A DNA stretch of 16,990 nt from Octopus sinensis (GCF_006345805.1 NW_021824306.1:1-16990), one strand, 5' to 3'. Positions 1 through 9,169 are shown, counted from the first letter of the stretch. Notes: generated by a model from the sequence alone, not told the origin. Numbers and translations: made by a program.

Positions 1-5
1 TCAAT

Positions 6-128
6 ACCAGAGACTTTAGACCTATCTCAGTGCCCTTGTGTTATTTGCGAATCGGGTCTTCGAGGGAGGATGACCTCCCTTTGCAAATAACACAAGGGCA
101 CTGAGATAGTGTCTAAAGTCCTTCTGGT
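6..128. repeat. Fold-back inverted repeat (~43-47 bp arms) with an inner hairpin
   Basis: ACCAGAGACTTTAGACCTATCTCAGTGCCCTTGTGTTATTTGC (6-48) is the reverse complement of 82-128 apart from small indels. Inner hairpin AGGGAGG-atga-CCTCCCT lies at 63-80. Confidence 0.9.
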
Positions 129-540
129 GACGTTGATCGCCTGGGGCTAAAAGCATCAGTAACACCCCCCCCCCCACACCCCTAGTGGCTAGCCACATTC
201 AGATGGCTAATACCCCTTACGTTGTCTACGAACCAATCGTTAGTCAAAGTGAGTAGTGAAGAAAACCTATAGCGTTTCGACGATTTCTTCTGTAGCCTTT
301 TTTAAGGAACAGCTTGATGTACATGGTGAACAGTGAAAAATGGCGTCGGAGAACGTAATGATCAAGAGTTGTAGTTGAGAAAGATTTAACTGACACGGAG
401 GACTCAAAGCCTCAAAAGATGATTGGAAAAGATTTGAGTGTTTTATGATGATTCACGCCGGGTGTCAAAAAAGTCGCATCATAACTGCTACCCAATGCTC
501 TGTGAAACTTTGTAAAAGCTGTAAGACGTGTCATGGATTC

Positions 541-768
541 ATGAGAACCAAGTTCCTCCAGAATGTGATATCTGTAGGTGTATCTTCAGTGAAGGTGCGT
601 TATGGCACCCCACACTTTTGACTCAGTTCAGACAGCTGTGTGAAAGTAATGGAGACTGTGGTCAAACCGTAGCTGGAGAAGATGGTTGCTAGATAGTTGT
701 ATGTGTGGCAACAGGATTCGACTTCTTGCCATACGTCCGGAAAGAGTTAGAAGTGGTTGTCAGAGAAT
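541..768 (+). pseudogene. Degraded Tc1/mariner-superfamily transposase catalytic fragment (maT/DD37D-like)
   Basis: 640-768 reads VKVMETVVKP*LEKMVAR*LYVWQQDSTSCHTSGKS*KWLSEN, matching the second-Asp motif WQQDSAPCHTS. Upstream frameshifted pieces MRTKF and SEG.VMAPHTF fit the same family. It has in-frame stops and ends at a TA microsatellite. The relic may extend degenerately to ~330. Confidence 0.85.
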
Positions 769-885
769 ACACATACATACATACATATACATATATATAT
801 ATATATATTATATATATAATTATATATATATAATTAGATATATATATATTAATAATATGTTATATATATATATATATATATATAT
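769..885. repeat. (TACA)n/(TA)n microsatellite
   Basis: Directly visible. Confidence 0.95.
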
Positions 886-1000
886 TGTGTAAACCTGGTA
901 CTTATTCTATCAGACTCTTAGACCGAACCACCAAGTTACGGGAGCGTAAACACACCAACATCGGTTGTCAAATGGTGGTGGGGAACAAACACACACACAC
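886..1000 (-). mobile_element. SINE family A, 3' half fragment
   Basis: gtacttattctatc...gaaccaccaagttacggg...cgtaaacacaccaacatcggttgtcaa aligns with the copy at 6780-6880. Confidence 0.85.
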
Positions 1001-1169
1001 ACAAGCATGTAAACTTTCCGGAGTATGCTCAATGTCTTTGTACCAGACATCTCTCAAGAGTGCGCGCGTGTGTGTGTATGTGTGAATGCATAGTTGTGTA
1101 CGTGTGTGCATGAGCGTGTGTCTGTGTGAGTGTATGAGTATGTACATGTATCTGTATGCTTTTATTTGT

Positions 1170-1326
1170 CACCACCACCACCACTTACGAACAGATGTTG
1201 ATTTGTTTACGTACCCGTAACTTAACGACTCAGCGGAAGAAAACGATAGAATAAACACCAGACTTTAACAATAAGTACTAAGCCCTTCAATATGGTGCCC
1301 CAGAATGGCCGCAGTCCAGTGACATG
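1170..1326 (+). mobile_element. SINE family A, 3' half (diverged)
   Basis: gtttacgtacccgtaactta...gatagaataa...ggtgccccagaatggccgcagtc aligns with 7250-7400 and follows a degenerate (TG)n tract. Confidence 0.8.
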
Positions 1327-1425
1327 AATTTAGATAAATAGGTTACGGTGGATTAACTGAATGATATAGACGCAAAGCTATTAAATTGATTTAAATTTCC
1401 ACTCACGGAAAATAAAGGCACAAAC

Positions 1426-1510
1426 GTGACCTCGATTGCCAGCAACTAAAGGCGGTGCTCCAGCATGGACGCAGTCGAATGACTGAAACAAGTAAAAGAG
1501 TAAATAGAGT
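1426..1510 (+). mobile_element. SINE family A, 3' terminal fragment
   Basis: ctaaaggcggtgctccagcatggacgcagtcgaatgactgaaacaagtaaaagagtaaatagagt is nearly identical to 7355-7417. Confidence 0.9.
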
Positions 1511-1529
1511 GTACCATATTTCCGGGGGG

Positions 1530-1840
1530 GGAGGGTGACGCTTGTGGCAGGTCTTCCAGATCGCCCATCGTCTTCCAGGGGCGTTATTCCGGTTTTGGAG
1601 CGCCCGTGCCACTCGAAATATCGCGTGCGACCCATTGCCTCGTCACTGTAAGCTCTTCGAAGCGTGATCAATGTCTTTGTAGCAGACTTCCCAATTTTAA
1701 TGCAAAATTTCACGTTGATTCTTTGTTCTTGTCCATAATAACGCAGCGATGTCACTCGGCACACTGTGTACGCAACTGTGTGCTGTCATCTGTTGGTGCG
1801 CTTCAAAACTAGTCCGGTAGTTTTTTGATACTATCTCGTA
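1530..1840 (-). mobile_element. Mariner transposon 5' fragment: left TIR plus N-terminal HTH of the transposase (frameshifted, truncated)
   Basis: The minus strand gives MDK/EQRINVKFCIKIGKSATKTLITLRRAYSDEAMGRTRYFEWHGRSKTGITPLEDDGRSGRPATS, a Mos1/Hsmar-type HTH region. A TIR-like TA-CGAGATAGTATCAAAAAACTACCGGACT lies at 1811-1840. No DDD domain and no right TIR were found. Confidence 0.9.
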
Positions 1841-2224
1841 GTATATCGCACAACACATTGCCAATTTTTTTCAACCACCGGAGTATGTTGGGACTATGGA
1901 AGAAAAGTTTATATTACACAGAATGTATAAAACGAGACCAAGCTAAGAGTCTGAAAACAAGCATGGACACTTACGATACACTTATGAAAATGCTTTGGTC
2001 AGGCAAAAGGTTAATTACAATATCTGTACGTTGTGTAAATACGGATCTCAACGACAAAAATAATTTCTTTACGAAGTTTTACGTGGCCTTAGAATGTGGG
2101 ACGGCTAATCTCCATGCCGTCTCATTGTTTGCACTGCTACAGGAAATTGCCAGGGTGACATCACAATGTATACATGTAAACATTTGCATTTGAATAAAAG
2201 TGGTCGTTCATATTTCGTACATTT

Positions 2225-3211
2225 CACTCCTTCTCTCTCTCGATTTTTTTCTCTATAAGTGCGTGTATATATGTACATGTACGTACGTATATGGAAGTGC
2301 ATGTGTGCATAGATTCACACACACAGTTACAAACACACACACACACACACACACACCACACACACACACAACATAACATAGTTAAGAACAGAATTTTTAC
2401 CATTTGCTTCACATGAGATTGTATAAATGTTTCTAAAGGCTCCTCCAGCTCCTGTCTTCGAAAATATACATTTTACCGACATCCATACATAGACACACGT
2501 TTGTGTGTGTCCCTGTGTATGTGTATTTGTGTATGTATGTATACATACATACATACATTTACATACACACACAGGCCACACACACACATATGTACGCGCA
2601 TGTATATTGATATATAAATATATGTGTGTGCATTTATTTATATATATGTGAGTGTATATGTGCATATACCCACACACACTCTGGCAGATGTATATATATA
2701 TATATGTACCTGTATGTAGATGTAGATCTGTGTATATGCTGTTCTTTTAATATCGTTGTGGTTAAGTGTATATATAAAATACTAACATACATGCAAACAC
2801 GCAAATATATATATATTATATATATATATATACATACATATATACATACATATATACATACATATATACATACATATATACATACATATATACATATACA
2901 TATACGCCAAGATTTATACGCACGCGCGTATGTATGTATGTATGTATATATATAACTGTATGTATACATAATTATGTATTTATTGTATGTTTAAGCATAT
3001 ACCTATTTGTGTCTACACACAATGGAGACACATGTGTACACACATACACACACACACACACAAAAAAACAAACATAGAGAAATACATACACAAATATCTA
3101 TTCATATATCTCTATGAATAATATTTTTATGCATTCATGCAGAAATGAACAAATAAACTGTAAGGTGTTTGGGGTACACACACACTCACACACGCACACA
3201 AGCATTCGCTG

Positions 3212-3247
<36 letters not shown>

Positions 3248-3783
3248 ACATATATATATGTATACATATACGCAAACATATTTGTGTGTGTAACCATATT
3301 TATATGCATATATATGTACAGATATAGATATATTGATATATACATTCATATATATACATATACATATACGCCAAGATTTATACGCACGCGCGTATGTATG
3401 TATGTATGTATGTATGTATATATCTACGAATGTATTCATGCATACATATACTTATATTCTATATGTTATGCATTATGTATGTATAGAATTCTTTCTATCG
3501 CTATATGCTTGTATTTATTTGTATTTACATTTTTTTTAGTATATATTTATTTATGATTATCTGTGAAAGAACATGTACATACATATATTAACTTGCATGC
3601 AAGTATGCGCGTGTGTGTATGAATTTATATACATATATACATACATATACATAAACAAAATGTGTGCATGTATATATATTCAATTTATCTATCCACATAC
3701 GTTCTTAGGAAATGTGCCAAATCGAATTTTGTACGTTTTCAAGCAAAAGATCTATTTTATTTTCCAAAGAGAAAAAAAATCAC

Positions 3784-3871
<88 letters not shown>

Positions 3872-3915
3872 CATACATATATATAATATACACACACACA
3901 TACACACATATATTT
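2225..3915. repeat. Compound microsatellite-rich region ((CA)n, (TACA)n, (TATG)n, long (TA)n at ~3788-3870)
   Basis: Directly visible. It generates the spurious YI/VC/HT-rich ORFs. Confidence 0.9.
2401..2451 (-). CDS. Candidate internal exon (51 nt, phase 0-0) of an unidentified gene: ELEEPLETFIQSHVKQM
   Basis: Flanked by attttcgaagacag| and |gtaaaa. It is an open, protein-like island between microsatellites and is phase-compatible with the candidate exon ending at 4084. No homology recognised. Confidence 0.45.
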
Positions 3916-4083
3916 GAGAAAATATCCGATATTCCTCTTCTTTGAGTATTTCGTTATTTCTCTTTCATTTTTTTACTGTTTTTTTTATTACCTTCAGCTA
4001 TTTCTTTTTGTTATTTTGTTACTGTTGTTGTTTTACCTTGTTGTTTTTGAAACCTTTATTTTTTTATTAGTATTTTTTTTTAC

Positions 4084-4209
4084 CTCCAGAAGCAGAAGAG
4101 TGAAACAGTTGACTGTTATATCTGCCATTTTTAGCTTTCGATTTACCAAGCTGCTTGCTGACTTTGTGCAGAGGCCATCAACAAATATTTGAATTGCTCC
4201 TGCAGTTTT
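4084..4209 (-). CDS. Candidate internal exon: (KTAG)AIQIFVDGLCTKSASSLVNRKLKMADITVNCFTLLLLE
   Basis: Two possible acceptors, atttatag| (start 4209, phase 0) and ctgcag| (start 4199, phase 1), with donor GAG|gtaaaa at phase 0. Open frame in a complex-sequence island within low-complexity DNA. No family recognised. Confidence 0.5.
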
Positions 4210-4644
4210 CTATAAATATTTGGAACCTTGTATCATTGAATATTCTAGAATAAGCTAAAGGATATGGAAAAGATGGTGGGAAAGAAGAAGAACAACAACA
4301 ACAACATCAACCACAAAAAGAAAAAGATAAAAATAAGTGACCAACTAACCACGCTTCGGACGAATTAACTCTTCAACTAGTTTGGCTCGTATATGACTTT
4401 TGTCGTACACATTGAAAGCAATAAAATTTTCTTAAGTGGCTATTGCTGTTTGGTTGTGCATGTATATCTATGTATATATGAATATCTATATATGTAGATG
4501 TATGTTCATATACACACACGCACTAACGCACACACATACAACATACTCTTACAAACACACAAACAATGCACACACACACACAAGCACAAACGCAGGCATA
4601 CACACACACGCACACACCCTTACATATGTGGTGTGTATGTATGT

Positions 4645-4902
4645 GAGAACGCGTGGCCTAGTGGTGAGACTGTTGCACTCACGATCTAGTGATCGTGTGT
4701 TCGTTTCTGAGACGGTCGGCGCGTTGTATTCTTTAGCAAAACACTTCCTTTTACCTTGCTCCAGTTCTCCTTACGATTAAGGAGTAAGGTTGACCTGCTC
4801 GACTAGCCAGCGGCGTGGTGTCATTCGAAAGCTAAACTGATGCAAAGCCTATTGTGACCATCGATGTGTAACAACCTCTGATAGTCTGTTAGGTCACGTG
4901 AT
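4645..4902 (+). mobile_element. tRNA-derived SINE family C
   Basis: A-box TGGCCTAGTGG (4654-4664) and B-box-like GTTCGTTTC (4699-4707), followed by gcgttgtattctttagcaaaacactt. It ends in a (TA)n tract. Confidence 0.75.
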
Positions 4903-4915
4903 ATATATATATATA

Positions 4916-5116
4916 GGGAGAATTCACAAAAAAGAAACAAAAGACGAAGACAGGCGGTGTAGAAATCAAACAGGTGTATTAGTATAACGCTCGGGAATCG
5001 AAAAAGTCCATAACGTTTCAAGCCTACGCTCTTCCACAGAAAGGAACACAGAAAGAAACAAGGAGAGATACAAGGAGACAAAAAAAACGTGTGTAGTGGC
5101 TAGCGATCTATCATGG
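4916..5116 (-). mobile_element. Probable Penelope-like terminal fragment with a degenerate hammerhead-like motif
   Basis: The minus strand reads cttt-CTGTGGA-a-gagc-gtag-gctt-GAAA-CG-TT and is flanked by TA tracts. The core deviates from CUGANGA. Confidence 0.45.
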
Positions 5117-5978
5117 TGATACATATATATATCCGCATGTGTGTATTTGTGTGTGTATGTATGTGTGTGTGTGTGTGTGTGTATGTGTGTGTGTTTGTTC
5201 AGATGCAATAGATTACGAAACTGTTTTATTCCAAGCAGAAATTTATAAAACATTGTGATATAAGCGAGATGTGTTCAATAAATTTAACCGTATACCGGAG
5301 GGAGAAAGGGGGCGAAACATGGACATAACGAAGCCATAAACAGATAGACGATAAATAAGGTCTATATAAAGAGAACAGAATTTTCCATGGATCGAATGAA
5401 TTAGAATTAATAAAGGTAAAAGGATATTTTCTGAAAAATATAGATTATGAGTAGGGAAAAGAAAATCAAGGACTAATTTGAGTTAAGATTGTGAAAGGAT
5501 AGATTATACACTAAATGGCAGTTATATGTTAATTGAGAAATATTAAAGTGTGAATCAAGTCGTGATAAAATATTTAGGTAAAAATGTGTGACAAAGGGAA
5601 AGGAAAGGAAGACGAAATGGTAAGAAACGTTATTGATAAGATTAAAGAATTATTAGTACAAAGAAGATTATGCTATTAATATAACATTTAAAATGTATCT
5701 AGAAACAGTATTATAGAAGATATTTCGTGTTGTTCGTAAATAAATTATAAATATGTTGGGCGGATATTATCTAAGAATAGTTGTTTGACAATTAGATCAA
5801 AATAGGATAAATTATATTATATAGCTAAGAAAATAAATATTATGTATTCTTGTCTCGAGAAATAAGTCGTATATCTACAGAAAGGGAGAAGAATACAGCA
5901 CATATTCTAAGTCAACACAGTAAAACTGTTTAAGCGTTAGGCAAGGGAATTAATTACAAGACCGGAAACTATGATTTG

Positions 5979-6150
5979 AAGGACCGGGACCTAAAAATGC
6001 CTAAAATTTAAAGCGTCTTAAAAGGACCTCGACCTGAAAATGCCTAAAATTTAAAGGATCTTAAAAGGACCTCAGCTTAAAAATGCCTAAAATTTAAAGC
6101 ATCTTAAAAGGACCTTGACCTAAAAATGCCTAAAATTTAAAGCATCTTAA
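5979..6150. repeat. 43-bp minisatellite, 4 copies
   Basis: Units start at 5979, 6022, 6065 and 6108. Consensus AAGGACCTCGACCTAAAAATGCCTAAAATTTAAAGCATCTTAA, contiguous with no spacers. Confidence 0.95.
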
Positions 6151-6683
6151 AAATGGTTTATCCTTTTTACTGCGGAAACGAGATATATCCAGTCAAAATG
6201 TCATTACCCTTCAGTGCGGAATGCAGTTTATATACTTATATATCTTTTGTTAAGGAATGTAATGTGTGAAACTATCATTTTTGTGATGGGTGAGGGGAGA
6301 TATATTGAGTTTATTGAGACAATGTGAAATGCAGAATATATCAACTCTACTCTTTGGTGCATATTTAATATCATTACTGCGAAATTAAATTTCGAAGTTG
6401 AAGGGATTAATGAATGATATAATTACAATGAACAAATACTGCAACATATTTCGTCTGACATTCGAACCATTCTGCCTGTTCACCATCCTAATAAGAGATT
6501 AACAATTAACTAAAATCATTATAATTAATGCTCAGTTTGAAATTTTCAGGTTAGTAGAGAGGATCGAATTCTAAAAGGTCTCATGTTCCGGAGCAGGCCT
6601 AGTGGGGCAGATTTTAGCGAAAGTTATATCATGTGACATAATGATGGAATGATAAGCGATGAGGGAGACGTATGTTGAGATGT

Positions 6684-6900
6684 ACTCTTTACTCTTTTAC
6701 TTGTTTCAGTCATTTGACTGTGGCCATGCTGGAGCACCGCCTTTAGTCGAGCAAATCTACCCCAGGACTTATTTTTTGTAAGCCTAGTACTTATTCTATC
6801 GGGTTCCTTTTGCCGAACCGCTAAGTTACGGGGACGTAAACACACAAGCATCGGTTGTCAAGCGATGTTGGGGGGACAAACACAGACTCACAAACACACG
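6684..6900 (-). mobile_element. SINE family A, 3' half
   Basis: ttgtttcagtcatttgactgtggccatgctggagcaccgcc...gaaccgctaagttacggggacgtaaac... Confidence 0.9.
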
Positions 6901-6917
6901 TACATATATATATATAT

Positions 6918-7146
6918 ATTTCTTTACTACCCTCAAGGGGCCAAACACAGAGGGGACAAACAAGGACAGACAAAGTGATTAAGTCGATTCCATCGACCCC
7001 AGTGCGTAACTGGTACTTAATTTATCGACCCCGAAAGGATGAAAGGCAAAGTCGACCTCGGCGGAATTTGAACTCAGAACGTAACGGCAGACGAAATACG
7101 GCTTCGCATTTCGCCCGGCGTGCTACCGTTTCTGCCAGCTCGCCGA
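6918..7146 (-). mobile_element. tRNA-derived SINE family B, near full length
   Basis: The minus strand reads GGCGAGCTGGCAGAAACGG...GTTCTGAGTTCAAATTCCGCCGAGGTCGACTTTGCCTTTCATCCTTTCGGGGTCGATAAATTAAGTACCAG. It has (TA)n on both sides, and homologues lie at 11843-12185, 13049-13206 and 15025-15245. Confidence 0.9.
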
Positions 7147-7149
7147 TAC

Positions 7150-7198
<49 letters not shown>

Positions 7199-7222
7199 CA
7201 TATATATACATATATATATATA

Positions 7223-7417
7223 TGTCCCCCCAACATCGCTTGACAACTGATGCTGGTGTGTTTACGTCCCCGTAACTTAGCGGTTCGGCAAAAGGAACCC
7301 GATAGAATAAGTACTAGGCTTACAAAAAATAAGTCCTGGGGTAGATTTGCTCGGCTAAAGGCGGTGCTCCAGCATGGCCGCAGTCAAATGACTGAAACAA
7401 GTAAAAGAGTAAAGAGT
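7223..7417 (+). mobile_element. SINE family A, 3' half (inverted duplicate of 6684-6878)
   Basis: Reverse-complement match, including shared variants aaggaaccc, gtagattt and aaaaaataag. Confidence 0.9.
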
Positions 7418-7631
7418 ACATCTCAACATACGTCTCCCTTATCGCTTATCATTCCAACATTATGTCACATGATATAACTTTCTCTAAAATCTGCCCCACT
7501 AGGCCTTCTCCGGACCTTTTAGAATTCGATCCTCTCTACTAACTTGAAAATTTCAAACTGAGCATTAATCATAATGATTTTAGTTAATTGTTAATCTCTT
7601 ATTAGGATGGTGAACAGGCAGAATGGTTCGA

Positions 7632-7633
<2 letters not shown>

Positions 7634-7716
<83 letters not shown>
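7634..7716. repeat. (TA)n microsatellite
   Basis: Directly visible. Confidence 0.95.
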
Positions 7717-7747
7717 ATCAAAAATAAGCAACAAGAATGGATCCAGT

Positions 7748-7836
7748 AATTAGTACAATTGTTTCATACTATAACAATTTATTAAAGCTGCAAATATTAC
7801 AGCAGATATAATATGTTAAGTAATCTTCAGCTAATT
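7748..7836 (-). ncRNA. Type I hammerhead ribozyme (copy 1)
   Basis: The minus strand reads AATTAG-CTGAAGA-[58 nt stem II]-GAAA-C-AATT-G-TA-CTAATT. Stem I is a perfect 6 bp (AATTAG/CTAATT). Stem III is 1 bp plus a palindromic loop (CAATTG), and the predicted cleavage triplet is GUA. Confidence 0.8.
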
Positions 7837-7895
7837 TCATATAGGTTTTCCAATAATGTACAGTTCTCAGATCAATTAGTAACATCCTAGAGAAG

Positions 7896-7948
7896 GTTGA
7901 CAGCCTACTCTATTATTTCTGTAAGAAATAATAGAGTAGGCTGTCAAC
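7896..7948. repeat. Perfect palindrome, 25-bp arms with a 3-nt loop
   Basis: GTTGACAGCCTACTCTATTATTTCT-gta-AGAAATAATAGAGTAGGCTGTCAAC. Confidence 0.97.
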
Positions 7949-8500
7949 TCTGTTCTTTGGAGACCTACGAGATTTTAAATTATCGAAATAATAAAAATCT
8001 ACTAAATAATCGGCTAGAGCTAGGTCCGTCTTGCAGTCATTCAAAAATTAGAACTTTCAAATATTTTAAATAGAAATTTTAAGGTTTTCCTACTTTTTCT
8101 AACTATCTTTTTAATATAATAATAATATGAAATATACTATACCAACCTTTAACTGACTTTTATAGTCAACTAAAGTAACCTTACTTTAATCATGGAATTG
8201 CACATTTTCCCAATTCTATTCTAAATTTAACATGTAATACTATTCCCCTAGTTATAAAATTCGATATTTTTTTGCCCTTCTTTTCTCCAGCTAACTTGCT
8301 CCCTTAACCTTCCCCTACTACCATTCTTATAACTAAGGAAATTTTTCTTGCAACAGTTAACTGTGAACTTAATCTTGGTCTGCTTGGCATCCTACTTCAT
8401 GTTCCTGAAATTCATATCTACAGCTTTATCGGCATATTTACCTTCTCTATGATGTTACTAATTGATTTGAGAACTGTACATTATTGGAAAACCTATATGA

Positions 8501-8589
8501 AATTATCTGAAGATTACTTGACATATTATATCTGCTGCAATATTTGCAGCTTTAATAAATTGCTATAGTATGAAACAATTGTACTAATT
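8501..8589 (+). ncRNA. Type I hammerhead ribozyme (copy 2)
   Basis: AATTAT-CTGAAGA(8507-8513)-stem II-GAAA(8572-8575)-CAATTG-TA-CTAATT. Same architecture as copy 1, but the stem I pair next to the core is a U-C mismatch. Confidence 0.75.
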
Positions 8590-8712
8590 ACTGGATCCAT
8601 TCTTGTTGCTTATTTTTGATTATAATCACCCCGCATAATTTTATGAGTAATACCATAAAAAATTCTGGTGCATCTAAATAAGTACCATATTCATTTGAAT
8701 CTAAATTGTTTG

Positions 8713-8715
<3 letters not shown>

Positions 8716-8770
<55 letters not shown>
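8716..8770. repeat. (TA)n microsatellite
   Basis: Directly visible. Confidence 0.95.
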
Positions 8771-8935
8771 TACGACGGGCTTCTTTCAGTTTCCGTCTAA
8801 CAAATCCACTCACAAGGCTTTGGTCGGCCCGAGGTTATAGTGGAAGACAGTTGCCCAAAGTGCCACGCAGTGGGACTGAACCCGGAACCATGTGGTTGAT
8901 AACCAAGCTACTTACCACACAGTCACTCCTGCGCC
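8771..8935 (-). mobile_element. SINE family A, tRNA-derived 5' half
   Basis: The minus strand reads GGCGCAGGAGTGACTGTGTGGTAAG (A-box)...GGTTCAGTCCC (B-box)...CACTTTGGGCAA...GGAAACTGAAAGAAGCCCGTCGTA, then (TA)n. Confidence 0.9.
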
Positions 8936-9108
8936 TATTGTATGCATAAATTTGTATATTTATGTCAGTTCATGCGAGTACATGTATATGTGCTTACCCA
9001 CTAATCTGTTTGTGTGCTAGTTATGAGTTTTCTATGGAATTTTATAAAGTGTATTCAAATTCTAATGGATCGACTATGGATAATATCCTTTCTCCTCATC
9101 TACCTTAC

Positions 9109-9131
9109 CTTGGACATTAATGTCTTGAGTC
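9109..9131 (-). CDS. Candidate 23-nt microexon (phase 1-0): xLKTLMSK
   Basis: Flanked by gactttag| and a strong donor AAG|gtaagg. Phase-compatible with neighbouring candidates, but such short matches arise by chance. Confidence 0.25.
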
Positions 9132-9169
9132 CTAAAGTCACTCTCGCATATACGTGACCGAGGTCACAA

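Larger units (their letters stand above)
6460..7633. repeat. Inverted duplication: arms 6460-6878 and 7223-7633
   Basis: Each arm has ~225 bp of non-SINE sequence plus a SINE A tail. The arms are highly similar, with one 8-bp indel (ctcatgtt) and scattered substitutions. Confidence 0.95.
7717..8712 (+). mobile_element. 5'-truncated Penelope-like element with an inverted pLTR-type arm at its 5' end
   Basis: Inverted arms 7717-7895 and 8441-8620 differ by 6 mismatches by eye. 7957-8073 encodes LETYEILNYRNNKNLLNNRLEL...*, resembling the E-x-x-I...LN C-terminal motif of PLE GIY-YIG endonucleases. Each arm carries a hammerhead, and both ends abut (TA)n. Confidence 0.75.

Noticed and set aside
1825-2193. 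122-aa ORF
   Set aside because: No recognisable motif or convincing splice sites, and consistent with a chance ORF.
4090-4192. Plus-strand exon after ttttttacctccag
   Set aside because: The pyrimidine tract is low-complexity sequence. Two frames stop quickly and the third looks less protein-like than the minus-strand reading. Not fully excluded.
5280-5978. Retroelement ORF in the purine-skewed block
   Set aside because: The frames I translated had frequent stops and no RT or endonuclease motif. Left unclassified.
5979-6150. CRISPR-like array
   Set aside because: The units are contiguous with no unique spacers, there are no cas genes, and the context is eukaryotic.
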